Source: Amphiscolops sp. MND2022
Lineage: Eukaryota
Length of the DNA stretch: 64,000 nucleotides
Assembly (NCBI GenBank): GCA_964187785.1
Contig: OZ076409.1
Span: forward strand, 58,096,001 to 58,160,000
Reading direction: 5' to 3'
How positions within the stretch are numbered: position 1 is the stretch's first letter; each line of letters opens with the position of its first letter. Positions 1 through 12,278 of the stretch are shown here, piece by piece. The notes below the pieces were generated by a model, which was given only the letters and a program-made list of their open reading frames with translations, was not told the DNA's origin and made no database searches. The translations under genes and the position numbers were made by a program.

Positions 1-2
1 GA

Positions 3-614
3 ATGGATGCAGTGGCACAAGCTAACCCTAACGTGCACACTCAACTGAACACTGGCCAGAGCAAGCAATTCGAGAAACGAGCTTGGAAGTTTGAACCTAT
101 CTCAATTCGATTACATGGAAGGAACGAAAGCGCTCAGTTGAATACAACTGGCATCCTATATGCAAAGATTGTGATAGATGAATTTGCAGATGAAATATCG
201 CTAATGGAAACGCGATTGGGTTCTTCAAAAGCACAAACAACAACAAGTTCGGACAGTGGGCCTTTCATAGGGCCGGCTGTATCACGGGAAGAAATGATGA
301 TGCAACGTGACTCTTTTGGAAAATGCATCAAAGAAGAATTTAGACAACTTGAAGTCAATGATTTGGCTTGGATAGTGGATGAGAATGTGAAAAGAGCGCA
401 CTACAAAATGGGTAGAGTGTTGGAAGTCTATCATGGAAGCGATGGGCGAGTGAGATCAGCGCTGGTGAAAACGGAAGATGGAAAACTCAAAAAACCAGTA
501 GTGAAACTGGCACCCATGTTCTACGAAAGTGTTTTTCAGGAGAAAAACAGGGCCGGCAATGTTGGCGCCAGTCATCAGAAAGCAGAGAAAGTCGATTTGG
601 AACATGCTGGTTGA
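3..614 (+). pseudogene. 3' end of a Bel/Pao LTR-retrotransposon polyprotein (post-integrase DUF5641-like domain), apparently internally deleted
   Basis: ORF ends in LEVNDLAWIVDENVKRAHYKMGRVLEVYHGSDGRVRSALVKTEDGKLKKPVVKLAP, the typical Bel/Pao C-terminal motif. A purine-rich tract (AGGAGAAAAACAGGG) follows, then TG at 560. Confidence 0.85.
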
Positions 615-1502
615 GAAACAAGAACTTAACTCTTAGAAACTTATAGATGAAAAAACTACTTAGATGAAAATTTGAAGAAAATCCTCACATTGCAAATCTT
701 TAACCCCCCCCCCCAAATGGGTTTTCTCGAAGTCTCTCAGTCATAGAGCCATGAAACTTAGCACACATACGCAGATAGCTAACACGAACTCACCGGCTAA
801 GTTTCAAGGTCATTCACCCATTATAACCCCCTTTACCCCTCACATGTGTGGTATTCAAGGTCATTGAACCGAAAATGTAAACATTGCTATTTACCCCTAT
901 GACCACATTAGAATGTAACTCTGTTGAAATTTAGTGATGTTTACATTGTGTAAACATACTTTCTAACCCACCTGACCAACATGCCAAAACCACCACATTC
1001 TTTGTTTACATAGCCAATAACTTCATATTATGCCTTAAATATCATTTATTTATATAACATATTTTAACTCATATTTGCTTATATTTACTGTAGAATTGTA
1101 AACCACATTTATACCATTATTAGATAGAGATTTTCTCCACTGTATAGCTATAGTCAAGTTGGGTCTCAGGACCGCGAGACTAATTAATCTACTTCTCAAT
1201 CTTCACAACTTTTCGCTAGAGTCAGAGCGACTAAGTAGCTACTCTCATAGTTGGAGAGCCGGAGCGCGTGAAGACACTGTGAGGGAAGTGTGTGTGCAGG
1301 ATCACATCGGATCCAATTCAGTGCAAAGCGGAATCGCAGGAGATTCCACGGGTCACATCGGACCCATCAAGCCAAAAGATACAGTCCTTTAAAACAAGAA
1401 ACCAGGAATTGTTTAGTGACGGTCCACAGCACTAAGCAACGGATCAGGGCGGCGTAAAGCTTGTCAAGCCTCAGCGCAGGATAAGGGCAAGCAGCCGTTA
1501 CA
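560..1502 (+). mobile_element. Bel/Pao 3' LTR (~943 bp), inserted into the gypsy-env element
   Basis: Starts TGTTGGCG right after the PPT and ends GCCGTTACA. Composition switches abruptly at 1503, and the minus-strand ORF 1464-2705 runs into the LTR (..LLEP|CNGC). Motifs (C-run, ATGAAACTT, TCAAGGTCATT) are shared with the solo LTR at 46119. Confidence 0.7.
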
Positions 1503-2705
1503 GGGTTCAAGTAAATTTGTCATGTCTCGAAGTGTTCGGTTATTCAGTACAGAGGAAAGTTTGTCAGGAGTATTTTTTATAGGTGAAGAGTGTGATTTAT
1601 GTTCAGTTTTTTGTTCAGCTTGTACCATAAAGGAGATAGTCTTTGCAGAAATGAAGAGAAGTTCATTGTAGGAATACGTTTGCTTGTAGAGTGCTGTATA
1701 GTAAGTTCTATCTTTATCATCGAGTGGAGAAGATACTAGGTGTATAATGACATTGAGAGGTTGACTGATTTGAGTAGGAATGTTGCAAGGCAACAAAAAG
1801 TCATCGTAATGTATGAGGTATTCTTGAGGTACAATAAGTGGACGTGAAGTATTATTGTAAGGAAGCAAACAGAAGTATTGTTTTATAGGGTCATAATTTC
1901 GAAGGTAGCCTGTTATACAAGAGTGGTCGAGAGTGTACATATTTTTCATGGTGAACGGTGATGTATATTTGTAATTGACGAAAATGTGATTTTGTGGTTT
2001 GGTGTATTGTAGAAATTTAGTATATGTTTGATGATGAGTAGCTTTTTGTGAAATAGAAAGGAAAGATCGATCAGATTCATCTGTTTTGAGATCGTAGATA
2101 GAAGGACGGAGAAAGTTGAATTGTAGAGAGAAAATTTTAACTCCATTATCGAGCCAATATTGATATGGACCCATTATTTTGGAGGCAATAGGTGTGAAGA
2201 AGTCTTGATTTTTGTCATATAGGCGGAATGAATAGTCAGTAGGATGCATATATAGAGAAGTTAGTTGTGCTTTAAAGGCGAAATCGCCAGTAGAAAGAAG
2301 TGGGATCAAATGATCATCGCGATTCGTGCAAATTGAAATTTTTGAAGGTATTGAAGGAGGGTATTTTGGTGACGAAAGAGAGATTGGATCTTTCATAATT
2401 TCATATCGCTTTTTCGGAGGAGGTGGTGTTGTTTGTGTATGATCATTATCATCTTGTGAAGGAGTAGGTTTTGAATTTTCGTGTTCAACTTTTGTATGTT
2501 CCATTTGTTCAAGAAAAGTTGGAGGTGTTTGTTGAGAAGTCTCGATATAGAGAACAGGAGAATCATTTGAAAGAGGTCTTGTTATAAGATCTGTTGGGGT
2601 TGCTTGTTCAAGCTGTTTTTTTAGATCAATTTGTGCTTGTGTCATTGTGTTTAAAGGAAAAACATCAACAGTCACAGTGTTATCTATTCCAAAAGGCCTT
2701 ATCAC
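1503..2705 (-). CDS. Post-env accessory ORF of unknown function (about 400 aa, truncated by the LTR at 1502)
   Basis: Long open frame with the same G-poor sense composition as the rest of the element. It continues upstream through one TAG toward ~2870. No recognisable domain; contains PPPPKKRY. Confidence 0.65.
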
Positions 2706-2916
2706 TTTAAAGTAAAAGTACTGTAAATGACACTAACGAGTAGATTTATCAACTTTAGGTGAAGAGTCTTTGAAGATTGTTATTATGAGAGAGGTGTTGT
2801 TGGATTGAGGAAGATGAACTTCTGCAAGGGTTTCAAGTGGTGGAGGAGTAGCAATTGTGAAGAGAAGTAGTAGGCAAGTGTGCTGGAAGAGAGTTTGCAA
2901 AAAACTGAGAGAGTGT

Positions 2917-5664
2917 TCAAGAAGATGGAGGAGGAAAAGGATAGTTTATCCGTGAATATATTTTAATTGGTGTATCCGTATTGGAGGTGACAGGATTCCT
3001 AATTAAAGTGTCATGTTGAGTAGTTAGATTGTCATTCGAGTGAAAGTTTTTATGAGTATAATTAGGAAGTGGAGGATGTTGAACAGGAGAGAAAGGAAGG
3101 CGAGCTGTTTTTGGGTGAGAATTGTGGTGTCTTTTCAGAAACAAGATATATTTAGGAAATTGAATCTTGTTAGGACGTTTAGAATAGAAAGGTGGAGGGG
3201 AAGTAACATCGGTAGAATGATTAATTAAATTTGTTGAGGTGTCAACAAAATTATCTAAGGATTTGGATTTTAAAAGTGTATTTTTGGGTTTTTTGTTTTG
3301 AGTCTCATTGAGGTCATTGACCATTCGTGCTGTAAGAACATTAAGAAAACCATGTGCTATGGAGCTAAAAATGGTAATATTATTTTTTAGATTATAATTA
3401 ATAGATATTGTTTTGTAAAGTTTGACAATGAGTGTGAGAGTAGCTTGTACAAAAAGGAATGAGGAAAAGTATATACCACATTGTGTGAGAATGTAACAAG
3501 GGTATCCAAAAAGTGCAATAAAACCATCTGAAAACCAAGTAGTCGTAAAAAGAGGAGTTAAATTCAAGAGTTTATCGTGTAGTCCTATACGTAATGTATT
3601 ATAAGGATTACCAGAGTCTTGAGGGGAGTCTGCATCATAATTAGGAGTATTAGATGAAATGAAAGAATAGCTAAGAGCTTTGCCTAATAATTGAAGTGTA
3701 GAATCAGAATGTTTGGAAAATAAAATACGATTCCAAAATTGGTCAAGTTCTGCATCAGAATATATACCAGCATCTTGAGCTGTAAAAGTGTTAGGACGTA
3801 TTGTAGTTTTAATTTGTGAAGGTGTAAACATTAATGGAGATTTGCGTTTAATAGGTTCAGGTCCAAGAATGTAAAAATCTTGATCGTCTGAATCAGGATT
3901 TAGTTCAATAATGTTACGTGGATTATTATCACATGTAATTGGTGTAGCATAATCAAAAGTTTGTCTTGTAATGGGATCAACGTACATTAATGTATCTTTA
4001 AAATGTATAGGTATACGGTCAAAGCATCTATCAGCTTTATATAGAGGAGATAGAAATTGTGGACAGTCATAAAGCCAGGCGGTTGAGCCTTCAACGTATA
4101 AGAAATTACTTCGATTACCAGTTAAAAGAAAACCAGCAAGTTGAGGATTTTGTACTGACATTGCGAGTATTGTAAGAAGTTGATTTCGTTCTAATTTGAA
4201 TATGGTATGTAGAGTATTTAGTTCTTGTACTGCCATTGATCTAAAAACATGGTTAATAGTGTAATCTATTTTCGTGTTTATATGTGCATCGTAGTCAAAG
4301 GTAGCAAAATTGTTTGATACATTTAATGCAGGAAATATGAATTTGTTATTTGAAGTGTCCAATACTATTTTACCAGAAATATATTCATCAATCATAGAAT
4401 GAGGATTGGGTTGTCCTGTATGCATATTGAAACCATCAGTGTATGTAACAAAAAGGTCTGAGTATTGTGTAGAATAAAGAGGGTCTGGTTTACCACAAAA
4501 GGTTTGTGCTTTAGGAAAAACTTCAAATCTTGAAAAACTTGGGTTATTTGGATGTTGTGTATGAGGAGCATAAACATAAGGATGTTCTGTACCTTTGATA
4601 CCAGAAGTTGTTTTAGGTTTTATTGAGTGTGGAGAGTGTACAAAAGAGTCTGATTCAATCCAGTATCTATCTTCAATTTTAGTCATTCGACCAATGAAAT
4701 CTTGTAATGTGAAAATTAAGCAATAGTCATCATTGAACCAAACAAGTGTAAAAGGGGTTTTCGTTGTGGGTTAACAAAAACCATCTGCAAAATAGCAGGG
4801 TAATGTATGTCCATCTATTATCATGTTTTTAGATGTGTCATCATAAGTAAGTTCTACTTCGGAAATTTCTAATCGCCAACTGACTAGGTTGACTTCGAAT
4901 TGGTGATGAGCAGGACAGTTACGATAAGGGTTTTGAGTAGGGTCATATATTCATTTCTTATCGGCGGGCATAAATGTAAATGTACCTGTGTACATTTTGT
5001 TCAATTGGTATACAGTGAAAAAAGTTTGATATTGTTCTAATCGTTCTTGAAAATAATGGTCTTCTAAGAGTGTGAAAGTTTTATTGTAGTGGAGGTTGTT
5101 CAATATTTTATCATTTGTACCATTTAAATGTCTTATAATGTTTTTACATTCTAATGGATCAAGAGTAACAGGAAGCGGTAATGTATTATGATTCCATACT
5201 GTTCTATCAACACGACGGTATTTTACGGAGCCTTGAAAGCATATTTTTCTTTCTTTTTTTGCATAAGCAACACATTTAAAAGCTTTGATGCGTTTAGCTT
5301 TTGCACGGACGTAAACACGGGCTTTAACACTTGCATGTTTAATGTCAGAAGGAGCTCCAGTGCATTGTTTTACATTAAGTGAATTAAATTGTCTCGAATT
5401 GTGTTGTCTTGCACAGTCATAATGAGAAACCATGAGATTTGTAATATTCGGATCATCCGATGGAAGATAGTTTTCTGTGTCAGAGGGTGTTATGGGTATT
5501 GAAAAGGTAGAGTGGAATAGGTGTGAATAGAGTATAAGATTTGTTGTATATGAAGTTGTAAGGAGTTCAAAAAGAGGTAGTATATTTAAGACCTGAGTAT
5601 GGGTTACATAATATGATTTTGCCATATGTGATAGTAGGTATATTGAGGTCTCGTTCAAAATCAA
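2917..5664 (-). pseudogene. env: Envelope glycoprotein, class III fusogen (herpesvirus gB / chuvirus glycoprotein-like), with two in-frame stops
   Basis: ORFs 4951-5664 and 2917-4686 share a frame and join through 2 stops (about 915 codons). Cys pattern: HYDC..C..AFKC..KIC..LDPLEC; LPCYFADGFC; LVW..DDYC; LERNQLLTILAMSVQNPQLAGFLLTG; WLYDC..DRCFDRIPI..YVDPITRQ..ITCD; AGIYSDAEL. C-terminal TM segment follows. Confidence 0.8.
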
Positions 5665-5675
5665 TGTGTATCACT

Positions 5676-6134
5676 TCAAAAGGTTTTATGTTCTATCATT
5701 GAGGCGTGAAATATTGGATGTGGATTTAAACCTTGAAATTTGACTTTTACTTCAAATTTGAGTTCTAGATTCGGTGTCTGAAGGCGTTTTAGTTCTGTTT
5801 CTTTTCTTTTGTGAGATAAGAGATCGTTATTTGTAATAAAACGTTCTGCAAGGATAGGAAATCTAGGATCGTGCTGTGGGTCGTAGATGGCTATACCATC
5901 GACTCTAAGTGGATAATCAGCAAAACTTGGAGTTGGAGGTATAGATTGATCTGCAGTATAATATTCAGGTATTCTAATATGTGCAGGAACAGGAGTAGGT
6001 ATTATAACTTCTGAGAAAAGATTTCCAGAAAGGAATGCAGTCTGAGCGTCTGAGAAAAGTAGAGAAGCGGTGTCAAAACCAGATGTAAAATATGGAGAAG
6101 GTATGAAGTCAGAAGAATGTGTTTCAGAAGACAA
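5676..6134 (-). CDS. ORF between pol and env (accessory ORF or remnant of a long pol tail/env leader)
   Basis: 152-aa open frame. The S/T/P-rich coding-like sequence upstream (6135-6940) is interrupted. No known domain. Confidence 0.35.
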   Translation of the reverse strand: MSSETHSSDFIPSPYFTSGFDTASLLFSDAQTAFLSGNLFSEVIIPTPVPAHIRIPEYYTADQSIPPTPSFADYPLRVDGIAIYDPQHDPRFPILAERFITNNDLLSHKRKETELKRLQTPNLELKFEVKVKFQGLNPHPIFHASMIEHKTF

Positions 6135-6940
6135 CGGTTGTGCGTGTTGTCGTAAAAGTCTTAAAGTAGAATTACTAGAAAGAGCAGATAGGTTAAGTGT
6201 AGAAGTGTCTGTACTAAGTCTTCGTGAAGGAAGGTCTCGAAGATTATATCTATGATGTGATACAAAAAGTGAGCCTGTTGTATCTTGTGATGGAGTGTAT
6301 TCTGATGTATTGTCTAAGAGATTTGAGAGTGATGTAGAAGGTTTTCGAAGAGGTTTTAATGGTGGATAAAGTTTTGAAGGAGTAGTACTAAGTTCTGATG
6401 GTAGTTTCAGTGAAGGTGATTTTGTATATTCAGTATCAGGGATTTGTACAAGATTAAGCTGAGGTTGTAGTCTTACAGTTTTGATAGCTGTAGGATGTTT
6501 GTAATTTACGTATTGTCCAACACTTTCAGGGTTTGGTATGTGTACTATAGGAGTGTTAATAGGAGTTTGTTGAGTACGAGTGTTTATAGGTATTTCAGTT
6601 ATAGGTGGTCTATGAAGGAGTGATGAAGATGTTGTTTCAGAAACGTATGATCTTGGTCTTTTAGAAGGAGTAGTAGGAGTTACATTACTAGAGTTTGTAG
6701 TGTTTGATACTGAAGATTCAGGAGTAAAAGGAATTTTTGGAGCTGATGGAGATATATCAGAGGAAGAATCCAGGATTCTTGAAATGTTTTCAACAGGTTA
6801 TCTTTGAGATAACTTGTTATTGATTATCTTTCATTCAGCTGTAGTGACTAGTTTCGAGTGAGCCAGCGGGCAGAATGACGAGGTTACAAATTTGAAGGTG
6901 TAATAAAAAGTCTATAATCTAATTTGGGTTGTTGTCGTAG

Positions 6941-8698
6941 TTAATAAGTAGTTTTACTAGTTCTGTCAATTAGAGGAGGAAGTGAAGTTGTTTGGTTATT
7001 GGAAGGGTGTCTTGATCTGTCACTAGAGATATTAGTGTGAGGGGTGTTAATTATGTGTTTATATAAGGAGTTGTCATTGGTTGAGGAAGTTAAAGACTTG
7101 TCATTGGATGTTGTAGATGGTGTATTCTGATTGGATGTTCTAAATGATGATGGTGTCACAAATCTTTGAGAAGAAGTTTCCGTTGTGGAAGGTGTCATGA
7201 ATGTTTGAGGATCTTCGTCAGATAAGGATTCGTCTGAATTAAAAGGGGAGGAATCACTGTTTGCATATTTGGTAGGTTGTGGAATTTGGAATTGAGTTGT
7301 GTCTGAAAAGCGCATGAAACTACGCAAGTGTGGATATAAGAGTGGTTTTTTTTGGATAATATAGATTGTAGATAGATAATATATATAGATAATATGTATT
7401 GTAGAGCCATTTTGTGCAAGTAGTTCATATGTAACATCTGATAGTCTGTCAAGAATTTTGTATGGTCCAATCCGAAGGGGTTTTAGTTTGTCAGAAAAGT
7501 GTACGTGTGTGAAATTGCGTTTTAAAACAAAGGTGCCAATAGGAAGGGGTTTACCTTCGTGGTATGTTTTCGTAATGTATGCGTGAGAATTGATTTTTCG
7601 TAGAGTATTTTCGTATACTGTGGAATAAATTGGTAACATAGCAGTTTCTACGGCGAGAAACCATTGTTGAATGGTGTTTTATGAAAAAATGGGTTAAGAT
7701 CCGATTTATCATAGTGGGAGTGTTCTGGAAGTTGAGAGCTTTAGCGTGAAATACATGTTTTTGAGGTCTCTGTTAAGATTTAAATCGAACGTGAGGGGGA
7801 TTCTGGTTCTGGTGTGAAAAACAATTTCATGAGGAGAGATACTGAGTTCTGAAAGTGGTTGTGAATTATATGCATAAGCGAACATAAGGACTTGGAATGC
7901 CCAATCTTTAGGTGTATCATGTAAAAACATTCGTAGATGTGTACAAAGGTTTCTATTTTGTACTTCGACAAGGCCATTTGTCCAAGGAGAGTAAGCTGTT
8001 CTTGGAGAGTGACGAATTCCCATAAGTGTACAAAGGTGTGCCATTTCTTTATTAACATATTCTGATCCACGATCAGTGACAAGATATATGGGTGGTCCAA
8101 ATTTAATAATCCAATGGTGTAGAAGAGTTTTGATAGCAGACTTTGCGTTATTTGATTTGATGGGTACTGTAACAACAAAGTGACTGAAAGCGTCAATTAT
8201 TACATGTATATATGATTTGTTGTGAGAAGGAGGAATAATAGGTCCTTTAGTGTCCATTGAAATACGGTAATTGAAGGAGGGAGCATGTTCTGAAAAGGAT
8301 TGTGTAGGAGCAGTTTGAATTTTCATGTTGAAGTGTTTATTGCGTTGACATTCAATACAGTCATGTATAAAAATGGAAAGCCATTTTTCAACAAATGGAA
8401 TGTAGTAGTATTGTGTGAATGTGTTATATGTAATTTTGATGCCTGTATGGGAGTGTTCATGAAATTTGTTAAAAACAGTTTTGAAGAGTCGAAATGGAAG
8501 ACATATTCGAATAGTAGCGCGTACAAAATCTGGAGTGGAAGATTGGTTTAGAGTAGTAGGGTGTTTAGTATAAAAGCTAATAAGATTTGTAGAATCATCT
8601 ATAAAAAGTTGTGTAAATCGTTTGTAATAAGCATGTAGAAAAGGAGTGCCAGTGATAAGTGGTGTTAGAGTCTCAGGTTTTTCATTTTTATGATCCAA
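6941..8698 (-). pseudogene. pol: Gypsy integrase (HHCC zinc finger, DDE core, GPY/F tail), frameshifted
   Basis: HEHSHTG..CIEC; ISMDTKGP; LVTDRGSEY; YSPWTNGLVEVQN; KLKPLRIGPYKIL in the next ORF. Confidence 0.92.
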
Positions 8699-9273
8699 GA
8701 ATAAACAGTTCTAGGAACCGGGTCTTGGGATTGTTGTTGTTGAAGTGTTGTTATGTCTAGGGAGTAGTCATCTGGGAGAAAAAAACCTTGAAAATAGTTT
8801 TTGTACTTAAAAAATGAAGTATCATAGAAAGGTATAATTTGTGGAGAATGTGTGAGAGATGGTAGATGTGGTTGTACATTTATTGCAGAAACAGATTTTT
8901 GTGTAGTATTTGGGGTTAAGTGTTTAAGAGTAGAATAGTTTTCTGTTTGTAAAGTTGTGTCATGTAGGAAAGAAGAGTCAGATTTTGGAATTCTAGTATA
9001 TATATGATCTTCGTCATCGCTTGTAACATCAGTATCATTGAGTAAGAGAGATTGTTGATGAAGTGTTTTATTTTTCTTTTTTATAGGTGTTTTGAATTTG
9101 GTTTGAAAAGGAGTTGAATGAAAGGTAGAATTGAATGAAAAAGATTGTAACGGTTTGACAACAATGTCATTTCCTTTATCGTTGATACGAATAGAGAATT
9201 GGTCTGTACCATAATCAGCGAGAATTGGGTGAGAGTCATGTTTTTGATGAGGTAGAATTTCTTCATGTTTAAT

Positions 9274-9933
9274 CTAGTAATGTACAGGTTTAAGAGTGTT
9301 ATCTTGTAGAAGTGCAAAATCGATTTGTGGTGGTTTATGTTTTAATTGGTTGAGTTGTAATTCAGCTTTTGTAAAAGAGCGACTTAACATATCGGCAACA
9401 GAGAGATTTTTTCCAGGAGTGTGAATTATTTTGAGTTTTGAAAATTTTGTTAACTGCATTTGAGCTCTATAAAAACGAGGACTGAGGTTACCTTTCTTTG
9501 TAAAACGATGTAATAAAGGTTTGTGATCAGTAAAAATGTGTATTGGATGGGGGGAACCAATGATAAGAAATTCATAAATTTGTAGAGCATGTACTATACC
9601 AAGAAGTTCTCTATCAAGTGTGGAGAGTTTTTGTTCTTGTGCGTTAAGTATACGAGAGTTGTACGAGATAACTTTCATTTTGTTTTGTTCATTTAATTGG
9701 AATAAGACAGCGCCTAGTCCAATAAGGGAAGCGTCAACTGTAATGAAAAATGGATGTTTTGTATTTGGTATTGTAAGTTCTGTTTCAGAAGTGAGAGACA
9801 TTTTAAGTTTTTGGAAGAGACTTTCGTGTTCGTCTGTCCATTTCCAAGGAGTATTCTCATGTAGAAGATCGTAAAATGGTTTGAGGTTAATATGTAGTTT
9901 TTCGATTAATTTGGTGTAAAAATTGAAACTCAT
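9274..9933 (-). pseudogene. pol: RT connection and RNase H domain of gypsy pol
   Basis: TVDASLIGLGAVLFQ; YNSRIL; DRELLGIV; FTDHKPL; GKNLSVADMLSR. Confidence 0.93.
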
Positions 9934-9963
9934 CAGAGCGACTTTTCCAGTTGGAGAAGGTAT

Positions 9964-11958
9964 TTAATGAATAGCTGCAATTTTCGAATGGATTGGTTTA
10001 ATTGTATTGTAACCAATTTCATGTCCAAGAAATTTAACTTTAAGAAGCATGAAAAAGGATTTTTCAGGGGCTAGTTTAAGATTGTTTTTTGTACTAATGA
10101 TGTGTAGTTGTTCTATGAGTTGGAACATGTGTTCTTTAGAGTCAGATAAAAGTAATATATCGTCAATGTAAACAAGGGCAAAACCTTGTTCTATAAGAGT
10201 TTTAAAGAAGGTAGACATTTGTTTTGTAAAGAAATTTGGGAGTCCTTTGAGACCATAAAAGCCTCGGATGAAAGCGAAAAGTTTATCTCCTGAGGAGAAA
10301 CTGGTGAGTTTAATAGTGTCTTCATCAAGAGGTGTATGTGCATAGGCATACATAAGATCAATAGCAGATTTGTACTTTTTGTTTGCGCGTGCTAATTGTG
10401 GGGCAAGAGGCCAAGATTCATCAGATTGTTCTGTATTGGAATTAAGATGTCGGGCGTCTATTACACATTTTATAGTATCTCCCTTGGGGATTATAATGAG
10501 AGGGTTTAAATAAGTTGTGCCATGAACGGGTTTGTCTTGTGGAGAGGAACCAATTTGTTTGATAATGTTATATTTTTCGAGTTCTTTGAGAAGTACATTA
10601 AGTTTGTCTCGATAGTGAATAGTGACTTTAGAAGGACGTTGTGTCATAAGTTGAGAATTAGGTTTGAGTCGAATACGAAAGGGTGTTGAAATTTTTCCAA
10701 CATCGTTTTTTTGAGTTGCATAACAAGTTTTATACTTGAGTAACATATTACAAAGAGTAATGTATTCTGTGTCTGTAAGGTCCGAAAATTGGAAGTTAAA
10801 TTTATTAATAAATTTCAGATTTTCAGATGTGTATGGTAGAGAAAGAAAAATGCTTTTTTCTGAAGTATGAGAAGTAGGTTGAACATTATATAAAGGAGAA
10901 GTTTGATTTGGAATATCATCAGTTGTCATATAATATTGATGTAGAGAGAATTGAGGAGGAGGGGTTGTAGGATCATCGTATTGTACGATATTGTTAGTTG
11001 GTGGAATTGGTTCAGTACTTTCAGGATGGTAGGTATGAGTAACGTTATGTATTAAAGTGGTATTATCATTAACTTGGAAGAATTTGGGTTTTTCATTAGT
11101 AATTGGAACTTCAATGTATCCAATATGTCCTGTAGGTAGTGTTGCAATATGTTTTGAGGTGTTTTGAATGATAGTTGCACAAATGTCTGGTTTGTCATCA
11201 GTGAATACTTCAATAATTTTGAAATTTGTACGAAATTTTGTAGCAAAATAGGTATGGGGTACTGAAGGGAAGAAGTGGTTTTGTGGAGTAGTTGTAAAAT
11301 GGAGATTATGATAATTTTTTATTGGAAATTGTGCAATTTTTGAAGACTTGGGTTTTAGGCGTATTTGAGTCTTTGAATTTATTCTATAAATGTACGAGAA
11401 ATATGGGTAATCTTTAGATAGGAGTGTTGTGAACTTTGCGTAATTTGGGTGTGTTTTTGATTGGTATTTGAATTCGAGTGTAAAGTCTTGTATGTTTATG
11501 TTTTGTATATTGTCTTCAAAGAAGGGTGTGCTAAGAAAGTTGTATTTGATATCAGCTACTGCAAAAGGTACTGAAAAGTAACGGGAGTTCTCATCAATAG
11601 TAGTGTTCAGAATTTTATTTGCATAGTGTAAAATAGGAACTTCAGTTTGGTTTGCAACGGTTATTGTTTTGGAATTTCGAGTTGATCCAACATCTGAAGT
11701 GTGATTTGATATGATATCTAAAAGTTTTGTAAGAGTTATGTATGTTGGGTAGTTTAATACAGAAATAGAAGCACCGCCATCTAGAAGGAATGCAATTTCC
11801 AATCTAGATGGGTTGTCTCTTTGTACTATACTTGATGAGGTATGTACATATAAAGTATAAAACCAACTTGTAGGCGTGACAGCATTTGCCATTGCTGTTG
11901 GGAGATACATTTGTACTTCAAATTTTATAGGGTCAGATTGGTCTTGTTGTTGTATCAT
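9964..11958 (-). pseudogene. pol: Aspartic protease and reverse transcriptase of gypsy pol
   Basis: FLLDGGASISV (degenerate D-S/T-G); CVIDARHLN; SAIDLMYAY; FYGLKGLP; VYIDDILL; VKFLGHEI. Confidence 0.93.
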
Positions 11959-12278
11959 AATAATTTTGTTTCTAGAATTGGAGTGTGAGCGAGATCTAGA
12001 AAATCTAGAGTCTCTTGGTCTTGAAGGTGGTCTGTATGAATTTGTATATTTTGTGAATTTATTGTCTCTGGAATAGGAGCGTGATCTGTATCTAGGACGA
12101 GAGTTGTGTCGATATGGGGATCTGTATGAAGATCTGTAAGGAGAACGGTAGGACCGGGAATCACGTTTGTATGTATCATATCGTGATCTAGAGTAATGTG
12201 AAGGAGTAGTACTTTTATCTTTTATCGTAAATAAATCTATCTCTAGATGTAGAACGGTATCAATTTCGTGAACAGTTT

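Noticed and set aside
700..1460. This region as the 3' LTR of the gypsy-env element
   Set aside because: No similarity to 16225-16644; it is continuous with the Bel/Pao PPT and LTR start at 560.
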